A stretch of DNA of 64,000 nt, taken from an uncultured Bacteroidales bacterium. Its GTDB lineage: Bacteria > Bacteroidota > Bacteroidia > Bacteroidales > JAGOPY01. Both the position numbers and the translations under genes were made by a program. The notes beneath the pieces are model-generated. The model was not told the DNA's origin. It ran no database searches and saw only the letters and a program-made list of their open reading frames with translations. Of the stretch, positions 1 to 9,813 are shown piece after piece. Each line of letters starts with the position of its first letter. Within the stretch, counting starts at the first letter, position 1. The stretch lies in assembly GCA_964619555.1 (NCBI GenBank), contig CAZUDV010000014.1, positions 22,658-86,657 of the forward strand, written 5' to 3'.

Positions 1-626
1 CGGATCTTCTGGGCAATTTGGGTATATATTTCCGGCTGTGTGAACTTCATGCTGAGGTCTTCCAGCTCCTTTTTTACCCGGTAAAGTCCAAGCCTGTGGG
101 CAATCGGACTGTAAAGATGGATGACTTCATTAATATACCGGGTTTGATAGTCAGGCGGAAGTTTTTCGATCATCCTGAGATCCCTGAGCCGGTGGGCCAG
201 TTTCAGAAGTATCACCCGGATATCATCGATCACGGCAAGGAACAGTTTCCGGAAGGTATCTGACTGGAGCGAGACCTTATCCGTGGGCAGATCGCTGATG
301 CGGGCATAGCCGATCACGAGGCCGGCAATGACCGGCCCGAATTGCTTTCGGATGGTATCAGGGTCCACAAGTTGAAGGGTCAGCATATCGTGAAACATTG
401 CCGCGATGACCGAGTTAAGTCCCAGGCCCATTTCTTCAATGGCAATCCGGGCAATGGAGAGCGAGTGGGTAATAAGTAAATCTCCCGAGAAGTGCATTCG
501 CTCTCCATATATTTCCAAAGAGAACTTGAATGCCTTATCCAGCAATTGCAATTCATCTTCTTTCAATACTCCCTGGGAGACTGAAAGCAGGATGTCATAT
601 TTAGCTTTTATCAACTGGAGGTCCAC
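1..626 (-). CDS. RelA/SpoT-family (p)ppGpp synthetase/hydrolase, N-terminal part (runs off window start)
   Basis: Manual translation from GTG at 626, absent from the ORF track: VDLQLIK...THSLSIARI...AAMFHD...DIRVILLKLAHRL...YSPIAHRLGLYRVKKELEDL, the typical RSH HD-domain pattern. Confidence 0.88.
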   Translation of the reverse strand, partial: MDLQLIKAKYDILLSVSQGVLKEDELQLLDKAFKFSLEIYGERMHFSGDLLITHSLSIARIAIEEMGLGLNSVIAAMFHDMLTLQLVDPDTIRKQFGPVIAGLVIGYARISDLPTDKVSLQSDTFRKLFLAVIDDIRVILLKLAHRLRDLRMIEKLPPDYQTRYINEVIHLYSPIAHRLGLYRVKKELEDLSMKFTQPEIYTQIAQKI

Positions 627-630
627 CGAT

Positions 631-1647
631 TCAGAAGCTGTCCTTATCCTTGTCTGTTATGCCTTTCTTTGGTTTGGTAACAGGGGTGTCAGCAATGGAA
701 TCCCGCATTCGTGTGTCGGCTTTGATATTCTGGTAGCGTTGGTAATCCATGATGCCAAGATTACCGTTTTTAAAGGCTTCTGCAATAGCTTTCGGTATTT
801 CGGCTTCTGCCTGGATCAGGTTAGCCCGTGATTCCTCAGCTTTAGCCCGCATTTCCTGTTCACGGGCTACTGCCATGGCCCTGCGCTCTTCTGCGCGTGC
901 CTGTGCGATATTCTTATCCGCGTTGGCCTGGTCCATTTGCAGAACGGCCCCGATATTTTTTCCGACATCGATATCGGCTATATCGATGGAAAGGATCTCG
1001 AAAGCCGTACCGGAGTCGAGTCCTTTGTCAAGAACGAGTTTGGAGATACTGTCGGGGTTTTCGAGGACTGATTTATGGGATTGGGCGGAGCCGATGGAAG
1101 AAACGATACCCTCTCCAACCCTGGCCAGCACGGTCTCTTCACCGGCGCCTCCCACCAGTTGTTTGATGTTGGCACGGACGGTCACCCTGGCCTTGGCAAT
1201 AAGCTGTATTCCATCCTTGGCCACGGCTGTGACGGAAGGTGTATCGATGACTTTCGGGTTCACCGACATTTTTACGGCTTCCAGCACATCGCGGCCCGCC
1301 AGGTCAATGGCAGTGGCAGTTTTGAAATCCAGGTTCATATTGGCTTTATCGGCGGAAATCAATGCATTAACTACCCGTGTGACATTGCCTCCGGCCAGAA
1401 AATGAGCCTCAAGGGCATTCCGGCTGAGGGAAAGACCGGCTTTTGTAGCTGCAATAAGACTATTCACGATGATCGTTACCGGTACTTTCCTCCACCTCAT
1501 AATGACCAGTTGCAGGAGCGATATCCTGACCCCGGAAACCAGTGCCTTGAACCATATCCCAACCGGGATGAAATAAAAAATCAGCCAGATGGCAAATATG
1601 GCGCCCAGTCCGATCGCAACTATAACAAAAACCTGTGAATTACCCAT
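631..1647 (-). CDS. floA: Flotillin-like protein FloA (YqfA family)
   Basis: N-terminal [53 protein letters not shown]; adjacent to nfeD. Confidence 0.93.
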   Translation of the reverse strand: MGNSQVFVIVAIGLGAIFAIWLIFYFIPVGIWFKALVSGVRISLLQLVIMRWRKVPVTIIVNSLIAATKAGLSLSRNALEAHFLAGGNVTRVVNALISADKANMNLDFKTATAIDLAGRDVLEAVKMSVNPKVIDTPSVTAVAKDGIQLIAKARVTVRANIKQLVGGAGEETVLARVGEGIVSSIGSAQSHKSVLENPDSISKLVLDKGLDSGTAFEILSIDIADIDVGKNIGAVLQMDQANADKNIAQARAEERRAMAVAREQEMRAKAEESRANLIQAEAEIPKAIAEAFKNGNLGIMDYQRYQNIKADTRMRDSIADTPVTKPKKGITDKDKDSF

Positions 1648-1652
1648 GATGA

Positions 1653-2120
1653 TTATTCTTTTCGTTTAACAAAAATCTTATTATGATCAATTTTTATGAT
1701 CTCTATTTCGGTATGCTGGTCGATAAAATCGCCGGTTGTGGCTACCTCAAAGTATTCCCCGTTGATGATGGCCTTACCCATTGGCGCAAGCCTGGAAACG
1801 GTTTTACCCGTATCCCCTGTTTTGACGGTTGATTGATCGACAAGGTTTACTTTGCTGTCAATGGCGGAAGACAACATAAGTTTTTTCCAGGTCTTGCCTC
1901 GTAATGACAATACAAGTACCAGCACTGTCATAACAAATGTGCCGGCCAGCACAAGGTGGCCGGCTATAAGCCCGTACATGGCATATGTTTGCCACACTCC
2001 GATGGCAACGAGGATGAATCCGATGACCCCGGCAAAACCAAAACCAGGAATTACCAGGACTTCCAGGACCATAAAGATCAGGCCCAGGACAATAAAGGTA
2101 AGGATCAGTAGCCAATGCAT
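1653..2120 (-). CDS. NfeD-family membrane protein (short form, C-terminal OB fold)
   Basis: Three TM helices with EVLVIPGFG, then [17 protein letters not shown]; canonical partner of floA. Confidence 0.88.
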   Translation of the reverse strand: MHWLLILTFIVLGLIFMVLEVLVIPGFGFAGVIGFILVAIGVWQTYAMYGLIAGHLVLAGTFVMTVLVLVLSLRGKTWKKLMLSSAIDSKVNLVDQSTVKTGDTGKTVSRLAPMGKAIINGEYFEVATTGDFIDQHTEIEIIKIDHNKIFVKRKE

Positions 2121-2124
2121 AGTA

Positions 2125-2397
2125 TTAACTTATGGTAACAGTCAGATCCCGGTCAGTCATTTCATCGTGCATCGGTTTAAGCACTTCAAATGAACCCGTT
2201 TGAACGCCACATTTACCGTTGAAATGGGCGATCAGCGCACATTGTTCAGCCTGGATCGGATCGTGTCCGCAAACTTCAATAAGCGTTTCGATGACAAAAT
2301 CGAATGTATTGAAGTCATCATTAAAAAGGATCAGTTCTTTTTGTTCGGCTACACTTTCCTGATCTTTATGCAGAGGTTTTATCTTTTCCTTGACCAT
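2125..2397 (-). CDS. clpS: ATP-dependent Clp protease adaptor ClpS
   Basis: LILFNDDFNTFDFVIETL...AEQCALIAHFNGKC; start trimmed to MVKEK (ATG at 2397). Confidence 0.9.
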   Translation of the reverse strand: MVKEKIKPLHKDQESVAEQKELILFNDDFNTFDFVIETLIEVCGHDPIQAEQCALIAHFNGKCGVQTGSFEVLKPMHDEMTDRDLTVTIS

Positions 2398-2486
2398 TCT
2401 TATTTCCAGGATAAACGCACAACTCAACTTACAGAGAACGAAAATAATAAATTTTTCGCATTTTTGCATTCGATTTTACGGCAAAG

Positions 2487-3131
2487 ATGAAAAACTGCAA
2501 TTTCGACCGGCTGATAGAAGATATCAGGGCCAGATTGAGCGGACCGCTGCCCGGTTTGGAATCGCAGATGCGGATGGCAACGATGCGCCGTATTATACAT
2601 GACGGACAGGTGAAAATACCACCCGATGCCCGCATGGCAGGTGTTTTGGTCCTGTTTTATCCGTGGGACGGAGAGATCTTCATCCCTTTCATCAAACGGA
2701 ATGAGTATCCGGGAGTTCACAGCGGCCAGGTGTCGTTTCCCGGGGGGGCACAGGAGGAAGGGGATTCTGATCTTTACGCTACAGCCTTAAGGGAAACAGA
2801 GGAGGAGATAGGCGTAAGCCGCCAAATGGTCCATGTGATCGGGCAGATGACGAATCTATATATACCGCCGAGTAATTTTAATGTGACACCCGTGGTGGGA
2901 TTCGTAGAAAACCGTCCCCGGTTCACGCCCGATCCCGGGGAAGTCGAACGGATCATTGAAATCCCGGTCAGTACTCTATTGAGGCACGATACCATTACGG
3001 AAAAACAGATCACGATATTTCCTGATATCCGGCTTCGTGTCCCCTGCTTTTTTTATAATGAAGAAGTGATCTGGGGAGCCACAGCGATGATGCTTAGTGA
3101 ATTGATCGAGGTCATCAGGCCTCGATCCTGA
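2487..3131 (+). CDS. Nudix hydrolase, CoA pyrophosphatase-like
   Basis: HSGQVSFPGG...ALRETEEEIG Nudix box and C-terminal IWGATA. Confidence 0.9.
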   Translation: MKNCNFDRLIEDIRARLSGPLPGLESQMRMATMRRIIHDGQVKIPPDARMAGVLVLFYPWDGEIFIPFIKRNEYPGVHSGQVSFPGGAQEEGDSDLYATALRETEEEIGVSRQMVHVIGQMTNLYIPPSNFNVTPVVGFVENRPRFTPDPGEVERIIEIPVSTLLRHDTITEKQITIFPDIRLRVPCFFYNEEVIWGATAMMLSELIEVIRPRS

Positions 3132-3531
3132 TTTCATGGGTGATGCTGGCACCCGCCCTGAGCAAAGCAGAAACGCCGCAATACCTCTCCCGGGAAAGAT
3201 TGACCGCCTTCTCCACCTTTTCAGGGTCGATATCCTGGCCTTTCAATTCATAAATCATATGGATCTTATGATAATATTTCGGATGTTCCTCCGTCAACTC
3301 CCCTTCCACGGATACATTGAAGACTTCCGGCTCAATCCTCATTTTTTTAAGAATAGAAATCACATCCATAGCCGTACAACCTGCCAGTGACACCAGTGTC
3401 AATTGTTTCGGTCGCGGCCCCAGATTCTGGCCACCGACATCCGGTTCTGCGTCCAGCATTATTTTAAATCCATTGACATCGGCTTCGAATGCCATGTCCT
3501 TTTTCCATCTGCAATCAATCTTGTTAATCAT
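3115..3531 (-). CDS. OsmC-family protein
   Basis: GPRPKQL...LAGCTAMDV...RYCGVS two-cysteine OsmC/YhfA pattern. Confidence 0.88.
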   Translation of the reverse strand: MINKIDCRWKKDMAFEADVNGFKIMLDAEPDVGGQNLGPRPKQLTLVSLAGCTAMDVISILKKMRIEPEVFNVSVEGELTEEHPKYYHKIHMIYELKGQDIDPEKVEKAVNLSRERYCGVSALLRAGASITHEIRIEA

Positions 3532-3597
3532 ATCTGTTTTTTTCGTAAAGATAATGATGATTCCGATTGAACCTGTGAGGTCACCTGTGAGGTGACC

Positions 3598-4653
3598 TCA
3601 CAGGTTGAACCAGAATCCTCCCGGAATAATCCCGGCACTGAAGGAATCTGCAACACTGCCATCCGCTGAATTGAACCTGTAAATCCTCCCGTTCTGAGCA
3701 TAGTCCAGGGGATCGGATGCAAAAATCATATCCGATACCGGATCATATCCCATGGCATAAAACATGACGCCGGTCGGGATAAAAGGGGTTGATATTACTC
3801 CTGGAGTCTCAACCGAAAATCTGTATATACCATCGGGCAGCGCATAAAACAAAGTCTTGCCATCATCGGAAATAATCAGGTTATCCGGATGTTTATCCGA
3901 TTCCTGGAAAGGGTATTCCTCGATAATTTGCCGAGTTGACGGATCAATCCAAACCAGCTTTCCGGGTGTGTCCGTCAGCGGTTCTGGAAATCCATTCCAC
4001 CCGCGTCCTGAACAAAGGACCCATAAATAACCATTATGATCGGAAACAATGCCGGAAGGCCTGTGCCCAACATGAATCTGTCCATAAATTTCCTTATCAT
4101 TCACATTCACATATGAAATAACACTGTCCACTCCATAGCCCCCGGTATTGATCGCAAACAGATATTCCCCCGAAAGGACCATTTCATCCGGACCGGTTCC
4201 CGCGGGCCACTGATCTACTATCGAGAAGTCGGATAGACTTATCACTTTGATCGAATTATCCCAGCAGGAAACATAAGCTTTATCTCCATCCAGGGTGATG
4301 TACCTGGGCAAGGTAATGCTGTCGATAGTGGCAACGGATTTAAAATCCGGCATGGAAACCACCTCCACGGTATTACTGTTGTTAACTGCAATCAGGGCAT
4401 AATCAGCACTCAATGCCATTGATTGAACTATGTTTCCAAGAGGCCGTCCGTTTGCCCCTTCAAAAAGGTCCGCACTGACTTCCCCTGTCTGCCGGTTATA
4501 TGCGAGCACACTCCCGGTCCCTCCCTGGAAAGGCCCTTCATTCGTGATAAAAATACTGTCTTTCCATATACCCGAAGGCCCGTCGTTCTCTTCTTTGTTA
4601 CAAGAGACAAGAATAATTAAAACCGTCAACCATAAATAAAACGTCTTTTTCAT
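3598..4653 (-). CDS. Surface beta-propeller lipoprotein (YncE/DUF5074, BtuG-like cobalamin-binding protein)
   Basis: Lipobox LVSC after MKKT start (4653), FITNEG, VNNSNTVEV, DPLDYAQNG; downstream of a TonB receptor under a B12 riboswitch. Confidence 0.8.
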   Translation of the reverse strand: MKKTFYLWLTVLIILVSCNKEENDGPSGIWKDSIFITNEGPFQGGTGSVLAYNRQTGEVSADLFEGANGRPLGNIVQSMALSADYALIAVNNSNTVEVVSMPDFKSVATIDSITLPRYITLDGDKAYVSCWDNSIKVISLSDFSIVDQWPAGTGPDEMVLSGEYLFAINTGGYGVDSVISYVNVNDKEIYGQIHVGHRPSGIVSDHNGYLWVLCSGRGWNGFPEPLTDTPGKLVWIDPSTRQIIEEYPFQESDKHPDNLIISDDGKTLFYALPDGIYRFSVETPGVISTPFIPTGVMFYAMGYDPVSDMIFASDPLDYAQNGRIYRFNSADGSVADSFSAGIIPGGFWFNL

Positions 4654-4724
4654 CTTTTCTAAGTAGTTAGTGAGTAAAATATTGTAATAAAATCCAGATA
4701 TTCTTCCAATCCCTGAGTTTAAAG

Positions 4725-6629
4725 TCAACGACTGACCACGGTCACAACAATGGTTCCCATCAGGTTAAATCCCGGCATCGGCCTGTAAGGGACAACCTGG
4801 TATTCCTCCGCTGCCAGGTTATTCAGATTAACCTGGAAGGTCACGGGCAATCCGTGGATTACCTGAATATTCTTGCTGAGTATACCATCGATAAGGAAAT
4901 AAGAAGGCAGGTAGCTTTCGTTATCCTTAGTGGTATACACTTTCCCTGTAAAATTCCCCCTCAGGGTGAGTTGAAATCCCTTCCATCCTGCCCCGGCTTT
5001 TAACATCATACGATGCAGAGGAGTGTAGATGATCTGCTTCCTGTACGAAGCATCATACTCCGAGATTTTCTTTTCATTGGTCGAAACGGTCATTGAATAA
5101 GATCCGGTTAAACTCAGGATCAATTGATGAATTTGAATGGTTTCACTGACAGCGACCTCCAATCCGCGCGACCAGACCTTCTGGGCATTTTCTACAGACC
5201 AAAAACCAGCCCCGGGCTGCCATAAAATCCAGTTGTTCACCCATGATGTATAACCCGTTAAGGAAATTTCCGAATTAAGAATGTCTGAACCTGACCTGAC
5301 ATTGATACCGGCTTCCAGGTTGTAGCTGGATTCAGGATCCAGGTCAGGTTTCCCCCCGGGTTGCCAGAACCGCTCATTCAATGTGGGAGCCCTGAAATTC
5401 CTTGAAAAACTGAATCTGCCCGAGATAAATTTCCATATTCTGCCGGTAGCTCCAACCGAATAAAGGAATGGCACCTTATAACCTGTCAGGAATTCCTGCC
5501 TGGCATTCAGGCTCAGTCTCCAGTCAGAGTTGGAAAACTTCTGCATCCATGATAAATAAATAGCCATATTTTGCTGATCCTCAGGAGATTCATAAAATTC
5601 CAGATCGGCATATTCAAACGAATAACTAGTCCCGGCGAAAAATGCAACAGATGGGGTGAATTCCCATTGGCTTTCCACCACTCCTGTAACGGTCTGGCTC
5701 CTGATCACGGAATAAACATCAGTCTTTGGGTCGACATAACGGGTGTATTCGTTAAAATAAGCCGTTTTGGCTTCTATGGTATTTCTGGGATTAAAATCTT
5801 TCCAGACCAGCATGGTACGCCATGACCGGTCCAGTTGTTCAGCATCCGAATAAAACTCAGTCAAAGTCGGTGGTATTTCCCTGTCTGCATATTGGAACCA
5901 GGCACTCCCCATCAAATATTGGTCATGAGGAAGCCGGACTGCCAGATCCTGTAAAAATCCGGATTTGAAATAACCGGCATGGGCCAGGTTTTCATCATCC
6001 CCGGAAAGATCCGTATAAGGAAAATCGTTTTTGGAATCATTGATATTGAATGAAGTATGGGAGAAAATTCTATTCGAAGAATAATTCAGGTCGATATCAC
6101 CGGAAAAGTTGGCAAATGAACCGGCCGACAATCCGATATTCCCATCCCACCTGGCCGTATCGAAGGAAGGCCTGTTGTTGAGATGCACCCCCCCGCCGAT
6201 GGCCCCGCTTCCGTAAATCGGGCTCGCACCGCCGTATAAAACCGAAATATCCCTGAAAAAACTTCCCTGGATCAGGGAGAGGTCAACATAGCCGATATTA
6301 GGTGGCGACAGCCGAATGCCATTCCAAAGCAGGCTGCTGTGATTGGCCGACGTACCCCGGATAGAAAGGGTGCTTAGTGTCCCCTGTCCATAGTTGCGGA
6401 CATAAGAGGTCGTAAAACCAGTCAGGAGTTCCGACAGCGTACCTCCCGGATTCTCGCGTCGGGTAAGGGAATCGAGCCTGCAGATAGTCTGTCCCTGTGA
6501 ATACAGGCTCAGGCGCTCTGAAACTACTTCGACATCTTTTAACAGCATAACAGTATCTGCGACCGGGTCCTGCGGCAGTCCCCTGAAAAAAGTCCCGAAT
6601 AAGAGCATCAATGCAATCGCAATACGCAT
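4725..6629 (-). CDS. TonB-dependent receptor, probable cobalamin transporter (BtuB-like)
   Basis: Plug-domain motifs (SIRGTSANHS, YGSGAIGG), FRAPTLNE, C-terminal PMPG; preceded by a cobalamin riboswitch. Confidence 0.88.
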   Translation of the reverse strand: MRIAIALMLLFGTFFRGLPQDPVADTVMLLKDVEVVSERLSLYSQGQTICRLDSLTRRENPGGTLSELLTGFTTSYVRNYGQGTLSTLSIRGTSANHSSLLWNGIRLSPPNIGYVDLSLIQGSFFRDISVLYGGASPIYGSGAIGGGVHLNNRPSFDTARWDGNIGLSAGSFANFSGDIDLNYSSNRIFSHTSFNINDSKNDFPYTDLSGDDENLAHAGYFKSGFLQDLAVRLPHDQYLMGSAWFQYADREIPPTLTEFYSDAEQLDRSWRTMLVWKDFNPRNTIEAKTAYFNEYTRYVDPKTDVYSVIRSQTVTGVVESQWEFTPSVAFFAGTSYSFEYADLEFYESPEDQQNMAIYLSWMQKFSNSDWRLSLNARQEFLTGYKVPFLYSVGATGRIWKFISGRFSFSRNFRAPTLNERFWQPGGKPDLDPESSYNLEAGINVRSGSDILNSEISLTGYTSWVNNWILWQPGAGFWSVENAQKVWSRGLEVAVSETIQIHQLILSLTGSYSMTVSTNEKKISEYDASYRKQIIYTPLHRMMLKAGAGWKGFQLTLRGNFTGKVYTTKDNESYLPSYFLIDGILSKNIQVIHGLPVTFQVNLNNLAAEEYQVVPYRPMPGFNLMGTIVVTVVSR

Positions 6630-6730
6630 GGTATTTTTTTCTTAAACAGCCAATCCGGATTAGAAAGCGAAAAGTGGAGATGATCCCTTTCAGCCTGACT
6701 TCTGACCCGGAAGCCTGTGAAAAATGCTGC

Positions 6731-6917
6731 GACGGCAGGTTTTCTGACTTACCCCTTCATCCGGAAGCCTTCCCGGTCGCTTGAACGATCCAGTGGCAGA
6801 GAGTTTTCCGGAGACGTTGGCCATGCATGGCCAGGGTTTACAGCAGCGGGCACTGTCCGGGATTTTCACCCGGTTCCCTATTATGCCCCGGATTCGCATG
6901 AATCCGGGACCACCGTT
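6731..6917 (-). ncRNA. Cobalamin (B12) riboswitch
   Basis: Minus strand reads AATAGGGAA-CCGGGTGAAAATCCCGG-GCCCGCTGCTGTAA...GCCACTG...GGGAAGG...AGTCAGAAAACCTGCC (B12 box). It lies upstream of the TonB receptor, with a TATATTTG -7 motif at 6925-6932. Boundaries approximate. Confidence 0.92.
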
Positions 6918-7059
6918 GCAATCGCAAATATAAAGGTTCGTCAGAAAAAAATAACAGTTCCTGAAATATTTTATTAACCGGTTTATTAATGATATTTTTT
7001 AAATTTACCGCCTTGTAATAATTGAAGATTAGATTCGTTAAAAAATAGATTTCAACGGG

Positions 7060-7239
7060 ATGAAAAAAATTATCAGACTTATAATAATACTTGTTGTGCT
7101 AAGCTCCGTTGCCGGAATTACAACATCATGCTCCATCTTCAACGAATCCCATACTCAGCACCAGGCTTATATGAAGCATAAAAAGCCCTTGCCTAAAAAA
7201 TATATCATTAATAACGGATATAAACCCATCGCCAAGTAA
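7060..7239 (+). CDS. Small 59-aa putative lipoprotein (not in ORF track)
   Basis: MKKIIRLIIILVVLSSVAGITTSC-SIFNESH...KPIAK*: basic N-terminus, hydrophobic core, lipobox-like TSC. Confidence 0.6.
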   Translation: MKKIIRLIIILVVLSSVAGITTSCSIFNESHTQHQAYMKHKKPLPKKYIINNGYKPIAK

Positions 7240-7268
7240 TTCAGGTAATTATAGACCTGAAAAGGCCC

Positions 7269-8900
7269 CTATTCCTCCTCCATAAATGGGTAACGATAGT
7301 CTTCAGGAGGGTTGAAGTTTTCTTTGATAGTTCTTGGGGAAACCCATCTCAGCAGGTTCAGGTATGAACCGGATTTATCGTTGGTACCGGAAGCTCTTGC
7401 CCCGCCAAATGGTTGTTGACCTACGACAGCCCCGGTAGGTTTATCATTGATGTAGAAATTCCCGGCTGCATTCACCAGTTTTTTAGTAGTGTAGTCAATG
7501 ACATACCGGTCCTGGGCAAAGATAGAGCCCGTCAGGGCATAAGGTGAAGTTTTATCGAGGATTTCCAGAGTCTGTTCATATTGTTCATCTTCATAAACAT
7601 ATAAGGTCAGGATCGGGCCGAATAACTCCTCGCACATGGTTATATACCTGGGATTTTTTGTCAGGATGACAGTAGGTTCGATAAAGTAACCTACCGATTT
7701 GTCATACACTCCGCCGGCAATGATCTCTGCTTCCGGATCGGCTTTGGCCCTATCGATGTATCCGGCCAGCTTATCAAAGGAGGCCTCATCGATGACGGCA
7801 TTAATGAAATTGCGGAAATCCTCTACTCCACCCATCCGGAATGATCGGAGGTCGGCCAGCATCTTCTCCCTGATCTCAGGCCAGAGGCTTTCTGGTATAT
7901 AGGCCCTGGATGCCGCAGAACATTTTTGTCCCTGGTATTCAAATGCTCCCCGTGTGAGCGCGGTTACCACAGGGTTGATCTTTGCCGATGAATGGACCAT
8001 CACAAAATCTTTACCTCCGGTTTCACCGACGATTTTGGGAAAAGTATTGTGCAGGGCGACATTCTCGCCGATTGCCTTCCATATCTTGTTAAAAACTTCG
8101 CTGGATCCGGTAAAATGTACTCCGACAAATTCCGGGTGAGTTGACATGATCTTACCTCCGACCGCTCCTTCGACCATGATCATATTGATGACACCAGCGG
8201 GCAGGCCTGCTTCCCTGAAAATTTCCATAAGCACACCGGCGGAGTAAATTTGAGTATTCGCCGGTTTCCAGACGACCACATTTCCCATCAGTGCCGGGGC
8301 TGAAGGCAGGTTTCCGGCAATAGAGGTAAAGTTGAAAGGGGTTACTGCATACACAAAACCTTCCAGCGGTCGCCATTCCATTTTATTCCAGGTGCCATGA
8401 GAAGAAACAGGCTGATCTTTATAGATTTCAGTCATGAAATGGACGTTGAACCGAAGGAAGTCAGCCATTTCGCACGCAGCATCAATTTCAGCCTGGTAGG
8501 CATTTTTCGACTGGCCCAACATAGTGGCTGCATTCAGTTTAGCCCGGAATGGCCCGCTAATCAGGTCGGCTGCTTTTAGAAAGATGGCTGCCCGCTGGTC
8601 CCAGGTCAGGGACTGCCATTTCGGGCGGATGGCCAGTGCAGCATTGATGGCCTGGTGAACGTGCTCCCCGGTTCCTTTATGATAATATCCAATCGTGTGC
8701 TGATGATCATGGGGAGGCGCCATTCTGATCCGGTCACCGGTAAGGACCTCTTCGCCACCTATAAACATTGGAATTTCAATTTCCCTGGAACGAAGTTCCG
8801 AGATCATAGCTTTCAGGGCTGCCCTCTCGGGAGTACCGGGAGCATAAGAAAGCACCGGCTCATTGAACGGGACCGGTGCTTTGTAAAATCCTTTTGACAT
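7269..8900 (-). CDS. pruA: L-glutamate gamma-semialdehyde (P5C) dehydrogenase
   Basis: EIDAACEMADFLRFN, GETGGKDF, FEYQGQKCSA, EELFGP, GQQPFGGARASGTNDK; TACTTTTG promoter motif at 8936-8943. Confidence 0.95.
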   Translation of the reverse strand: MSKGFYKAPVPFNEPVLSYAPGTPERAALKAMISELRSREIEIPMFIGGEEVLTGDRIRMAPPHDHQHTIGYYHKGTGEHVHQAINAALAIRPKWQSLTWDQRAAIFLKAADLISGPFRAKLNAATMLGQSKNAYQAEIDAACEMADFLRFNVHFMTEIYKDQPVSSHGTWNKMEWRPLEGFVYAVTPFNFTSIAGNLPSAPALMGNVVVWKPANTQIYSAGVLMEIFREAGLPAGVINMIMVEGAVGGKIMSTHPEFVGVHFTGSSEVFNKIWKAIGENVALHNTFPKIVGETGGKDFVMVHSSAKINPVVTALTRGAFEYQGQKCSAASRAYIPESLWPEIREKMLADLRSFRMGGVEDFRNFINAVIDEASFDKLAGYIDRAKADPEAEIIAGGVYDKSVGYFIEPTVILTKNPRYITMCEELFGPILTLYVYEDEQYEQTLEILDKTSPYALTGSIFAQDRYVIDYTTKKLVNAAGNFYINDKPTGAVVGQQPFGGARASGTNDKSGSYLNLLRWVSPRTIKENFNPPEDYRYPFMEEE

Positions 8901-8987
8901 GGCCTTTAATCTTTAAAATATTTGTTTTCAGGCCACAAAAGTACTAATTTATTTGGAATGATTCCAAATAGCATGAACCGATTGGCT

Positions 8988-9746
8988 TTAATTCTTCAAC
9001 TCGCCTGATTTATACTTTTCTTTCGTCAGCAAAGCGCCCTTTTCATCATATGATTCCCAAATCCCGTCCTTTTTCCCGTAAACATATTCACCTGTTTGCC
9101 GGAGTGTCCCATTTTCATAAAACTCTCTGTAATTCCCGTGCAACTGGTCCATAACATAAAATTTTTCCGACTTGACTTTCCCGTTTGCAAAAAAGGATAC
9201 CGACTTCCCATCAAATTTACCTTCACGGTATCGGTACTTTGCCACCAGGTGTCCTTCCGAATCGTACCATTTGGTTATGCTGTCGCGAAGATCATTCTTA
9301 AACCAGGCTTCCTCCTGCAATTTTCCATTGTCGTAATAAGTCTTGAAGGAGCCATCCAGTTTGTTCTTCAGATAGTGCTTTTCGGTGACCATCCGGCCAT
9401 TCCGGCCGAAAGTCTTGTAAACCCCATTCAATCGGTTATCCTGGTAGGTCGTGAGGCTAATAAGCGACCCTCTCGTATCGATCTCGATGACTATACCATT
9501 TTTTCTGCCATTCGAGTATTGTTCCACTTTCTTTAACAATCCAGTAGGCTGATACGTGAGCCAGGTCCCATCCTTTTTGCCATCAATATAATTTCCCTCT
9601 GCTGAAAGATCGCCGACCTTCTCGACAAAGTAACCATTCTTGAGTGAGTCCTGGGATTCATTCTGCCCGGCAGTATCCATTGTAAAACCAATTACACAAC
9701 TGATCGTAATAAAAAGGCCACTCAGTAAAGGAAAATAACTTTTCAT
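8988..9746 (-). CDS. MORN-variant repeat (YwqK-like) exported protein
   Basis: Signal peptide and repeated G.Y..G.K.G.W..YY.NG.L units. Confidence 0.85.
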   Translation of the reverse strand: MKSYFPLLSGLFITISCVIGFTMDTAGQNESQDSLKNGYFVEKVGDLSAEGNYIDGKKDGTWLTYQPTGLLKKVEQYSNGRKNGIVIEIDTRGSLISLTTYQDNRLNGVYKTFGRNGRMVTEKHYLKNKLDGSFKTYYDNGKLQEEAWFKNDLRDSITKWYDSEGHLVAKYRYREGKFDGKSVSFFANGKVKSEKFYVMDQLHGNYREFYENGTLRQTGEYVYGKKDGIWESYDEKGALLTKEKYKSGELKN

Positions 9747-9813
9747 TGATAGAAGTTTTAAAGGTTAACTGCAAAGTTAGTAAAGAAAACGTAAGCCGGC
9801 CGGGTCAGCTGCT

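Noticed and set aside
749-1638. Long antisense/overlapping ORFs (e.g. 749-1405, 1075-1638, also 18095-18616, 40885-41613, 52305-52916)
   Set aside because: Shadow frames of well-supported genes on the opposite strand.
6690-6977. ORFs 6690-6899 and 6717-6977
   Set aside because: They overlap the cobalamin riboswitch and have no protein-like features.
8988-9746. YwqK antitoxin of a toxin-antitoxin pair
   Set aside because: MORN-type repeats with a signal peptide in a housekeeping context; no adjacent toxin gene.
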